Assembly (NCBI RefSeq): GCF_001194135.2 | Contig: NC_068983.1 | Coordinates: 44,077,783 to 44,141,782 of the forward strand | Length of the DNA: 64,000 bases | Direction of reading: 5' to 3' | Source of the DNA: Octopus bimaculoides | Taxonomy: Eukaryota | Part shown: in pieces, positions 37,841 through 49,000 of the stretch | Numbering within the stretch: the stretch's first letter is position 1 | Layout: each line of letters opens with the position of its first letter | Program-made: the position numbers and the translations under genes | The notes under the pieces: model-generated | What the model was told of the DNA's origin: nothing | The model's database searches: none | What the model saw: only the letters and a program-made list of their open reading frames with translations

Positions 37841-38817
37841 CTACACATCAACAGGAAACAACAGTTGAAAATGTCACCAACTAAACACTTGTAAATCTCT
37901 TAGCATGACACAAAGAAATATCACAACTGTTTAATAACCAAATGCTTAAGTATCTACTGAAATTTATGAAAGTCAATGTCACATAAAGCTTTAAAGGTAC
38001 GTCTACCATCAATGTCCCCTCTAATTTTTTGCTATGGATCATTAACATCATTTAACAGCAATTTCCCATCCTGGTATGGGTTGGATGACTTGACAGGATC
38101 CAGCAAGCTACAGGGCATGCCAAGCTCCAGTGTCAACCTTGGCATGGTTTCTATGGCTGGATGCCCTTCCTAAGACCAAACATTTCACAGTATGGACTTG
38201 GTGCTTGTTTCATACCACTGGCACTAGTGAGGTTGCTAAGTAACTCACAGGCCAAAAGAGGAAAAAAGTGCATGTGTGCAAATTTTGGTTTTCTTTGCAA
38301 AGTATGTGCATATCCATGAGACTAACCATCTTTAGATAATTCCATATGTGAATTATTTTATGATCGCAGTTATGTTTCCTATCCATCATTTCATGATTAG
38401 GATTCTGTTATTTACTTTGATGTCATCAACATTTGCTAAAGCGTTCATTATTACCACTACGACTTTATCTAGTATCAGTCTTTTTTAAGAGTAATCATCA
38501 TCTAACATCAGTCTTTACTAGGACTATGACTACCTAAATACCAGTCTTTTGTTAAAGCTACTCTTATTACACCATCTAATTAAAATATAGGTGAGTAACT
38601 GAATGGGTAAGAAGTTAGCTTCACAACCACATGGCTCCTGGCTTGATCCTGCTGTGTGACGTGAATTTTGTATAACAACTTAACCCATAAAGTTTTGAAT
38701 GAAATTGAGAAGATGGAAACTGTATAGAATCCCATTGGGTCTATTCTATCTCTGATCCAAATAGTATAGACTTGTCACACAATCAAATTGCCCTGTTGAT
38801 TCTGTTCAAGAATTACA

Positions 38818-39047
38818 TTAATCCTTTAGCTTTCAGGATAATCTGTCAAATGTAATGCTTATTTATTCACATCGTTTTGAATTAATCATGTATTATCTCA
38901 TAGCTTCGAGATTTCAATGATGTGATTGTTTATTTTAAGAATGACATTGTAGGGTAGGTGTGAGATGTTGGAATTGGCCAGTTTGAATATGAAAGAGGCA
39001 GAATATTTTGGCTGAATACGGCCTGTTTAGAGGGTTTAAAAGGTTAA
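38818..39047. mobile_element. piggyBac-like MITE, family F
   Basis: Termini TTAA-TCCTTT...AAAGG-TTAA. Related copies at 33770-33960 (inverted), 46015-46225 and about 13390-13470. Confidence 0.65.
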
Positions 39048-39222
39048 GGGTACACGTGTTTGGAGTACTCAGCCACTTAACACACTGAAATTCAATGAGT
39101 AGAGAATTTGCTTGATAGAACAACTGCATCTTCATTCGTTGAAAGTGATGGAGAATCTGTCATTATACATTATATTTACCTCGTTAATTAAATGAAAATA
39201 TAGAAGTGACATTTAAGCCTAC

Positions 39223-39309
39223 CTCTGTGATTCTCTGAAGTTTTACCTCCCCCGTTGTCACCTGAGACTTTAGTTTCTGGAGATCTGCATCTTTCATTCG
39301 GATCATTAT
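39223..39309 (-). CDS. MPRIP: MPRIP-like exon (IMIRMKDADLQKLKSQVTTGEVKLQRITE)
   Basis: Acceptor ttctcattttag, donor GAG|gtaggc, 87 nt, phase 0-0. Resembles MPRIP VLLRVKESEIQYLKQEI. Confidence 0.88.
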
Positions 39310-40125
39310 CTAAAATGAGAAATGAAAAATAACGATTATTTGATATTTGCAAAATTTACAAAAGTCCATTGGCAAGCTGGAACTCACAGCCTTTATGTTT
39401 TATGTATGCAAGATGCATAGCAAAATAGCTTCAATATATGAACAACACCTGTTCCTAGTCGCACTCAACATGCTAGCCATGTCTGTGTCAATGATTCTCA
39501 AACCAATTTTGGAAAAAAAGTAAATAATGGCCACCTCTTTGGCATGCATCATCATTTCATATCTGCTTTCCATGCTAGCATGGATTGGACGGTTTGACAG
39601 GAGCTGGCAAGTCAGAAGACTGCAGCAAAACCTGCCCGTCTGCTTTGGCAGGTTTTCTATGGTGGGATGCCCACTTTACGGAGTGTTCTGGGTGCTTTTA
39701 TGCAGTGCCAGTATGGCTACTTTTTACATGGAATAAAGTCATACTGGAATGGTTTGCATAATTTGATGGGAGCTGGTGGAGCCAGAGGACTGTGCAATGC
39801 TCTCCCATCTGCTTTGACATGGGTGCTGACTGTATGCTCTTCATAACATCAATTCATCTTAAAATATGCAATGTTGGTCCTCAGAAGAAAATATCCTCAA
39901 AAATTTCTTTTAATCATTTACATCATTTTGAATAATTATTCAAGTTTTGTAAGTGAACAGGTCGCAGTTTCAAAGCAATGAAAATATTTTGACACAAATT
40001 AAATTTAGATGTTGAAGTGAAACTAACGGTTTTTGTGTCTTCTTAAATGGCTTACAAACATCTTCCACACTGCAATTGAATAATTATTGTTGAATTATTA
40101 ATGGGGGAAAAAGGTAGCCACGTAC

Positions 40126-40252
40126 CTGAGCCTCATATAGATCTTCTTCAAGAGAAGAACTTCCAGCAGGGAGACCCTTAGGACTTCGTTTCTTCATCAA
40201 TTCTTTCAGTTCAGCAATTTCTCCACCCAATAAGGATTCCAAATGTTTATTA
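40126..40252 (-). CDS. MPRIP: MPRIP-like exon (NKHLESLLGGEIAELKELM...EDLYEAQ)
   Basis: Acceptor ttcctgtttcag, donor CAG|gtacgt, 127 nt, phase 2-0. Resembles MPRIP NQELNNRLAAEITRLR...DAYELE. Confidence 0.88.
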
Positions 40253-40599
40253 CTGAAACAGGAAACAGAAGATATTTATTATGAGATCACATGACTGGAG
40301 GTATAAGGACTTTACATACATAATCCTAATCTGAGATCACATAATATAGCTGGTACTTTGTTGTTTTGGTATTTGCATGTCACAGGCGGTCGCAGGTGAC
40401 CGAGGGTTAAACATCAACCCCAGCACCTTGGGGCTACACAACAATCGATCTGGTAAAAGGTAAAGGCATTTCGCTAAGTCTCTGATGACATACATGTCCT
40501 ACAAAATGGTGAAAACTGATGCTGGGCATTAAACACCAACCATCTTAGAAAGAAAATAGAAAAATAAAAGACAAACAGGAATTCTATGAAATGACTCAC

Positions 40600-40743
40600 T
40601 CATTCAAGATTTTCTCTATCTGTTCATATTGGTCTTGCTTGGATTTGGTCAGGCGTTCATCTAACATTTTGTAATCTTCACATTTACTGACATAATGCAA
40701 ATTTAATGTTTTTAGTTCTTCTTGAAGTCGACTGGCTTCAAAT
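40600..40743 (-). CDS. MPRIP: MPRIP-like exon (FEASRLQEELKTLNLHYVSKCEDYKML...EKILN)
   Basis: Acceptor ttatttcaacag, donor GA|gtgagt, 144 nt, phase 2-2. ELKTLNLHYVSKCE resembles MPRIP ELEVLSEQYSQKCLE. Confidence 0.88.
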
Positions 40744-41785
40744 CTGTTGAAATAAATAAACGGATATTCCACACTTTATATAATCAGTTCAGAAAATTTC
40801 TCGTCAATAACAACAACAACAGAAATAAATAACAGCATATTTATTGTATGGCTGGGAGGCAAATTGGTTGGACTACTTAAGATTATAACATTGTCACAGA
40901 CAACTAAATTTAAGTAGCGGATACTTTGACAAGGGACGTAACTCTTCTTGACTGAATGACTTATCTGTTCGACTTTGATATGAGGCAAGCAGCGAAAAAC
41001 CTTATTTGTCATCTTTTATCTTTTGCTTGCTCCAGTCATTAGACTGCGGCCATGCCGAGGCACCGCCCTGTAGAATGTATAGTCCAATGAATAGACCCCA
41101 GTATTTTTTTTTAAAGCCTGGTACTTATAGAGATTATACACTTGTATAATCTGTCTTGCAGGATTATACATTTGTCACACATTGTCATGATGATTCTACC
41201 AGAGAATTACATTGACGGTACATGTCTCCGGAATGCTTATATGCTAATTCAATGAACAGGCAATGCAATTAATCGAACAATGGGAATACTGATCATCAAA
41301 GATGGAGATCCACCGCTTGAACGATAAATTACTATATGTAATTTCATAGTCTAAAGAATAATACGAGATGACTGTTGGCGAACGCACGACTTTACAGAAT
41401 GCACAATATTGCCCACAAAGGAAGGGAGGTAACTCTAGGCAAATTTTTTTTTCATTCTGTTAAAAGATGTGAAATAGCAAATTGCTAGCGTTCAGTTTGT
41501 TTTAATTAATCAAATATTAAGTTTAAATGAAACAGGCTATGAGGGTCATTTCACTGAGAACTTATAATCTCACAACTAATATTCCTTCAAATTTTTTATA
41601 GTAATTTATACTGTACACTCATTTTTGTCTTTCTTCACAAAAGTATGTGTGCATCCATGCACTGATTCCATCTTGGAAATCTATGAGCACATTTTCCCCT
41701 CCTGCTCATAACTGTGAAAGACTTATCCACTGACAACAACTGACTCTAATGTTTGACTGTGAGTGAAATAACAAACAAAACATAC

Positions 41786-41906
41786 TCGTGACGGCTGCGT
41801 ATCTCATTGACGTAGTCTTCTGTATACATAGTCTTCAGAGCTTCACGGAATTGGTTCTTCTCTCTGTCAAGATCATCATCATAGGCTTTACGCATTGATT
41901 CAAGAG
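41786..41906 (-). CDS. MPRIP: MPRIP-like exon (ALESMRKAYDDDLDREKNQFREALKTMYTEDYVNEIRSRHE)
   Basis: Acceptor ttgttatttcag, donor GA|gtatgt, 121 nt, phase 1-2. Resembles MPRIP/TRIOBP AIEAMKNAHREE. Confidence 0.88.
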
Positions 41907-43025
41907 CTGAAATAACAAAGAATTTATTAAATACTTTTGACAACTACCATCAGACTGTAATAATGTCTCCACAAACCTGGGACTATAATTTTGCTAGCAG
42001 AACCATTAGCAAGCTCGATAAAATGCTCAGTAGCATTTCAGCCATTGTAATTACGTTCTGAGTTCAAATTCCATCAAGGTTGACTTTGGCTTTCATTTTT
42101 TCAGAGTTGATGAAATAAGTTTTAGCTGAGCACTGGAAAGGAGGGAGGTTAATCTAATCGACTTACCCCCTCCACTGAAATTGCTGGCCTTGTGCCAAAA
42201 TTTGAAATCATTATTTCACTACAAAATTCACCAACAAAAACGTCTAACGTTCACTTTTCTACGCTTGCATGGGTCAGACGGAAATTTTATTGAGGTAGTT
42301 TTAGTTGGCTGATGCTAGTGCTGCCTGACTGGCACATAAAAAGCACCATTCGAGCGTGACCGATGCCTGTGCCAGTGGCATGTAGAAAGTACCTACTACA
42401 CTCTCAGAGTGGCCAGTGTTAGGAAGGGCATCCAGCTGTAGAAACCAAGCCAAATCAGATTGGAGCCTGGTGCAGCCTCCTGGCTTGCCAGTCTTTAGTT
42501 AAACTGTCCAATCCATACCAGCATGGAAAGCAGATGTTAAACAACAATGTAAATTTTTCATGGCTGAATGCCCCTCCTGTCACCGACCTTCACTTGTTTC
42601 CAAATAAGGTAATATTTCTCCATGGATGAACATGTTTTTCACAGGAGACAGGAAACAAACTATACTGCTTGTATGATGGTGGCACTCATTTACAACCTGA
42701 TGTGCTATCAAAACAAGCACCCCACCCACACCCATGACTTCTTTCATTTTAAAACAGGAAATTTATCTCGAAGAGCAAAGGCAGTCTTTAAGGTGAGTTG
42801 GTATCGAAAAGGTTACATATAATTTAATTATAACAGAAAATTTTGATTTATCTTAAAGCACATGAAAACGTGACATTGTATCATGAAATTTTGGATGGTA
42901 TCAGGTGAATTGGAATAAAGAGTGTGAACATTAGACATTGGTCAATGGCATGATTGTCTCCCACCAACACCACTATTGCCATGTAAAGGCTTAAAATAAA
43001 AACATAACTACGTCAACAAACTGAC

Positions 43026-43101
43026 CGGCTTTAATTTCTTTGTCTTCTTTCTCTCTGATCTGTTGTTCGTCTTCTGAAGGGTTTGCTACCGGTTGGTCTA
43101 C
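43026..43101 (-). CDS. MPRIP: MPRIP-like exon (VDQPVANPSEDEQQIREKEDKEIKA+G)
   Basis: Acceptor tttgatatttag, donor G|gtcagt, 76 nt, phase 0-1. It supplies the phase needed by the next exon. Confidence 0.8.
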
Positions 43102-43725
43102 CTAAATATCAAATGAACGAAAAAAGGATTTAACATTGCATAAGGAATAACAGAAACCTACTTGGGTACATACTCTGCATAAAAACCAAACAGTAAAGTT
43201 AATGTCATTAATGTTAATGCAATTTATGTAATTAATGTTGGTCACCAAGTTACTTAATTTTAATCAAACACCACAATGAGGAGAAATAATCATTAACTAT
43301 CTCAGTGGTTCTCAAATTAGATTATATTTCAAAATGTGACAAATACTAAGTGAAATTTTAAATATGAAATCTTGCTCTACTGCACACCAGAGCTCTGAAT
43401 GCAGTATGCTCATCATCATCATTATTATATATTTCATTTATTGAATTATTTTTTGTAGTATAGCCACAAAAACTATTCTGTTCCGGCCCCTTTTATCACA
43501 CTTTAACCACTCAACCCATAGCACAAAGCCTTTCTCTCTCTACTGTAACCCCCATGCAGTCAAAGGAGATTTTGGTCTTGCAAGCTACATGGTAACCTCA
43601 CTAGTGCTGGTACCATAAAGAAAAAGAAAAACAGCATTGAGTACACAATGTGATGTAGTTGATAGCTTTAGAAACCATGTCAAGCTGCAATGTCGATCAG
43701 TTGTCTATTTTGAGTATTTTATCTT

Positions 43726-43763
<38 letters not shown>

Positions 43764-43963
43764 GTTCATTACCACTTTAATGGGAATCTAGTAGAGATTA
43801 CATGGAGGCTATTCTCATTATACCAGGAACATGGCATGATAGGATTAAATGAAACATAGCAGACTTGCTCATTGGAAAAGAGCAAGAGATATTTTAATTG
43901 AATCAGGGTTTGATGAAAAGGCATGAAAAATAAAGAGGAGTAGGAGGGGGGTGTTGTAATTAC

Positions 43964-44089
43964 CTGGCTTGCTGGAGGAGTGGTGACATCTTCATTAGCA
44001 TGTTCAAAATTACCAAGAATTGTGAAACTGACATCGGCCTCATTTATGACACCGTCTACCTTGTCTTCAGGAATCACTACTTCAGTATT
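43964..44089 (-). CDS. MPRIP: MPRIP-like exon (NTEVVIPEDKVDG...TTPPASQ)
   Basis: Acceptor gtctcttgtag, donor CAG|gtaatt, 126 nt, phase 0-0. Confidence 0.8.
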
Positions 44090-44414
44090 CTACAAGAGAC
44101 AATAATAATGTTAAGTAGATTCATAGAAATATTCATTAATTACAACAGAAAATGATAAATTTAAAAATGGCAAGGGTTGCTAAGTGATGATCAAGGTCAG
44201 ATAACACACTGGAATGTTAGTAAAGGATCATTTCAACACACACACAATGTTAACACCTACTTTTCTATGTTTGCACGGGCCAGATAAAGTTTCTTGAAGT
44301 GTGTGTATGTGAAAGGTTTGAGGACATTTGCAATAAATATGTTATTTCCCTAAATTTTATAAACATAATCCCAATCTACTGCATTAAAAACCTATTTCTG
44401 CAAAATATCTCTCT

Positions 44415-44456
<42 letters not shown>

Positions 44457-44667
44457 TTGAAATTGATAGTAAAACAAAAGATGAAAACGAGTGTATGAAC
44501 AACAAGCAAGTGTATTAGTTTGACACTCGGGGGGGGGGGGGTAAAATGATAAAGTCTTTTATGTTTTGAGCCTAAGCTCTTTAACAGAAAGGAATAAGAG
44601 GAAATAAACAGAGAGAGAATAAAAAAACCATGTAGAGTCCAGCATGGCGATATATATATATATACTT

Positions 44668-45172
44668 TCGGTATGAATGGTTTTTATATGGCACCGAGTT
44701 TACAATCCTGTAAATAATAATAATAATGGTATTTTTATATAAGCTTAAAATCTTACGGCGATCACCATGCAATGACTAAGGAAAATAGTCTAATAAAGGG
44801 GCATATAAGCCCTTGACAGGAAAAAGGCTTTCCTATCTGCATGGGAGTCAAACCCACATCCCTTTGTTAATGCGACTAAGTGTGTTACCTTTACACCAGC
44901 AAATTAGCCTCCCCATTTCTGTCAAATTTAAGAACTATAGTAGTTTGCGTTTGTTTTTATGTAAACAAACTTTCTAGATGCATTCGGTGCGAATGGTTTT
45001 TTTGTATGGCGCCGAGTTTACAATCCTTTAAATAATAAATAATAATGGTATTTTTATATAAGCTTAAAGTTTATGGTGATCACTGTGCAATGACTAAGGG
45101 AAATAGACTAATAAAGGGGCATATAAGCCCTCGACAGAAAAAAAGAAGGCTTTCCTATCCACATGGGAGTTG
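44668..45172. repeat. Diverged direct repeat (period about 315 bp) with a tRNA-like head on the minus strand
   Basis: ttcggt..gaatggttttt...tatccacatgggagt occurs twice. A/B-box-like tggtgtaaaggt and ggtttgactcc lie at about 44840-44900 on the minus strand. Confidence 0.7.
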
Positions 45173-45626
45173 ATATATACATTACAAATAGTGTAAAACT
45201 TAACTGCAGAAATCAACCAATATTTATCATCATCATCATCATTGTTTAACGTCCGCTTTCCATGCTAGCATGGGTTGGACGATTTGACTGAGGACTGGTG
45301 AAACCAGATGGCTACGCCAGGCTCCAATCTGATCTGGCAGAGTTTCTACAGCTGGATGCCCTTCCTAACGCCAATCACTCAGAGAGTGTAGTGGGTGCTT
45401 TTACGTGCCACTGGTACGAAGGCCAGTCAGGCGGTACTGGAAATGGCCATGCTCAAAATGGTGTATTTTACGTGCCACCCACACAAGAGCCAGTTCAGGG
45501 GCACTGGCAACGATCTCGCTCGAAAATCCTTACACATGTCACAGGCACAAGTGCCAGAAAGGCGACGCTGGGCACAGGTGCCATCCTGATTTCGCTTTTA
45601 TATCAGCTAGTATTATTATATAGAAG

Positions 45627-45661
<35 letters not shown>

Positions 45662-46811
45662 CTAGCCCTGTTAACAATGTCTGTCTTAACAGACTAACCT
45701 AGAGTTAAACAATAACAGGGTTTTATGATCAAAGCAATGGAGTATCAGTCCTTTTGTGTGTGTGTGTGCATGTGTGTTTAATATTCGTTTTGGTTTCTTT
45801 GAAAATCTGAATGTTTCAGCTATTGTTGAATGCTTCTCCTTCCACTAATAGGAGGGGAAAATAACATGATTCAGGTAACTTCAAACAGAGAGAACTCTGT
45901 ATATCACACACGGAATACACCAATCACCTGTCGACTGAATCTTAATACCTTTCAGTGAACAGTGTTTGTGAGTTTTATAGAATGTAAACGATATGCATTA
46001 GTTTGGGTTTTCCCTGTAACCCTTAAGCATTCAGGTTACTCTGTCAAATGTAATGCTTATTTATTCGCATTGTCTTTAATTTATCATTGATCATCTCATA
46101 GCTTTGAGGTTTCAGTGATGTGATTGTTTATTTTTAGAATGACATTGTAGGGAGGGTGTGAGAGTCCAAATCTGGCTTCTCACATAAAACAATTAGAATA
46201 TTTGAGCTGGATATGACCGGTTTAAAGGAAGTGGAGAAGTTGAATTGATTGAGCATCAGATTAAATGCTTTGTGACATCTCTGGTTCTCCACATTCTGAG
46301 CTCAAATCCTGCTGAGGTACTTGATCACAGCAGAAAGTAAAAAACAAGGATCAATTAAGTACTGGGATTAATTTAATTGGCTAATTATTCCCCACAAATT
46401 TCAGACTCTGTGCCTCCTGTGTGAGAAACAATTATTTTGTCCCCACCCACCACTGGTGCTAAGCTGAAGTCCTGTCAAGACCCATTTTGCTCTTCAGCAG
46501 CTTCTTCCCCCACTAGACATAAAGGTCTCAAGTCCTAGACTCCAAAGGCTGGTTACCTGGTTTCCATGGCATGTAAGTGATCAAGATCACAACATTCCTC
46601 TTCACAAGGTTATGGTAACATGAAATGAAGCATTTTGATCTGGAACACAATTTTAAGATTGTGAGTGCAACACTGACTACTAAGCCATGTGCCTTCAACA
46701 TTTCAGTATTTTGGGGGTCAGTAAAATAGATAATATTGATAAACCAAGGTTCAGTTTGAATGACAATACTAGTAGAGTATTTTTACCATTTAAAAAAAAA
46801 AAACCACTTAC

Positions 46812-46901
46812 GGAAGAACTTTGGAGATTTTCTTGGAATTGTTCAATTTTCTGAATTAATTTACTGTCGGATATTTTTGATTTGACTTCATCAACTAAAG
46901 T
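46812..46901 (-). CDS. MPRIP: MPRIP-like exon (TLVDEVKSKISDSKLIQKIEQFQENLQSSS)
   Basis: Acceptor ttatttattttttag, donor TCC|gtaagt, 90 nt, phase 0-0, open and helical. Not listed in the ORF track. Confidence 0.8.
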
Positions 46902-47761
46902 CTAAAAAATAAATAAAAATATTGAATATTGTTTTGAAGTTAATTTTCAGGGACAGCTTCATTACATTAAACAGCCTAAAGACACATGACCATTTTTTCA
47001 GAAAATATAAGTCTTTAAAAAATAAATATTTAAGTCTCTCGAAAATCCACATTAAAGGCTATCTTGAAAACTGTGTCATTCATAATTTTCTTGTTTATCA
47101 ACGCAAATATAATTAATGAAACAAAGTCAGTTTCATACATTTTCCTAAATGTTTAACTTTCAAACAATTTGTTTCTTTATATTTCCTTAGGCAGTGAACC
47201 ATTAAGCTTTGATCTCCAGTCGACCATGACGTTGAAACAATTGAGAGCCGCAGCCCTAAGGAAACATAAAAACTGCTCAGAAGTAGAATTGAAGTCATCA
47301 CCCATTTATGAATACTTCATTACAAACAGCCACAAACTAGGGTCATTTAATTAAGCTCATGTTTCAATATATATACTCTATTTAACATACTCGACATCTT
47401 AAACCATATTTTATTCATCACTGAACTGAACATGTTAACACTCAATAAAAATCTCATTTGGTTCCACAATTTGAATATACACATAACTCCACGTTTTACA
47501 AGGTGCAGCAGAAAAACTTCCCATAATTTACAAGACCATTGGTGTGGCCTTTGTGAAGAGAGATAAAGGGTAATGGTGCCTTCATGTGGCTAATGTTTGA
47601 CCATTCAGGTTTGGACTGGTGAACATTGTTTGCTGTTGAAATGTTTGCCATCTGTATATTTTGGGAAGTCGGAAGAGGGGAGAGGGCCAGTCAATTAATT
47701 ACACTAATTGATTAGTGATGTATCAATACATTCATTTGTATATATTGTTGTGGCACTGCAT

Positions 47762-48062
47762 CAGTTATGACGAGGGTTCCAGTTGATCCGATCAACAGAA
47801 CAGCCAGCTCCTGAAATGTGTAAGTGACTGAGCACTCCACAGACACGTGAACCCTTAACGTAGTTCTCGGGGAGATTCAGCATGACACAGAGTGTGACAA
47901 GGCTGGCCCCTTCGAAATACAGGTACAACAGAAACAGGAAGAAAGAGAGAGAGAGTTGTGGTGAAAGAGTACAGCAGGGTTCGTCACCACCCCCTGCCAG
48001 AGCCTCGTGGAGATTTAGGTGTTTTCGCTCAATAAACACTCACAACGCCCGGTCTGGGAATT
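47762..48062 (-). mobile_element. SINE of a third family (tail ...ctgttccgttgatcggatcaactggaaccctcgtc)
   Basis: The head is truncated near 48062. The same body occurs at 6940-7210, 41140-41320 and 62800-63070. Confidence 0.65.
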
Positions 48063-48379
48063 GTGCTGGGGCACAAATGAAATAAACGAAAAATGTACAA
48101 GAACATGAATGTGACACCAAGACCTTCAATTCTAATATTGGTAATTTGTGTATTTACCTCATGAAACACTCATGAATATGACAACCAGAGGAGGTTATTC
48201 TTTGATTTCAACATGGGCCATTATACACTACATGGTACATTTCCCTACATGCTATATAATACTTTGTCTAGTTTTTGTCTTTTTAATTCACCATGTTGAT
48301 ACTAAAATATTGAATAAATATATTTTCCTCTTTAATTTGTATTGTTAATTGACTTTTAATTATATTCTGAGAAAAGAGT

Positions 48380-48930
48380 ACTATTGTGGATACAAGTAAC
48401 CGAAATGGGGTTCCTTTGGAAAATCCATGGAGTAACGTTACTCAAAAAAATGGATAGCTCTGAGATTAGCAAATCTCTTCAGGTCAAGCTGCTACTTCTC
48501 TGCACTGAGGGGGTCACAATTCCAGTACTATGAACATATGATTGGAATGTAGCAGAAAAGAACTGCAAGACAGATTCTTCAAGCTGAGCCAATTGGCAAG
48601 AGACCAAGGAGGAGACCAACAACGAGATGGTTGCATCATGTCCAGAGTCTCAGTTGGTCATGCACGGGACTACAGCTGGAAAGTATGAGGACAGTTGCTT
48701 CTAATAGGACCAAATGGAGGAGGTTCCTGAGGACTCCACTCTCATCATCTTCCCAGGAAAAGAGGGATGGAGGATTGTATATTCTCTTATAGTGAATGAA
48801 GGTAGGCAATTAAGCAAAGTTCCTAATATGGATCTAGGGAAACCAGCTGGAAAGTGTAATGATGGTGGTTTATTATAGGACTCTATGGAGGACTGAGGAC
48901 TCTACCCACGACTCTCCCAAGAATAGTGGG
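48380..48930 (+). mobile_element. Old RTE-X/Expander-like LINE 3' fragment
   Basis: Degenerate ...ARQILQA...GKRPRRRPTTRWL. A similar fragment lies at 27240-27720. Confidence 0.5.
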
Positions 48931-49000
48931 TGAAGAAAACAGATGTATGGATATACTTAAAATGTTGGGCTTTCATAAACTAAATTTAGTTAATACTTAC

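Noticed and set aside
44838-44905. tRNA gene on the minus strand
   Set aside because: A- and B-box-like motifs are present, but there is no convincing acceptor or anticodon stem. It is the head of a repeat.
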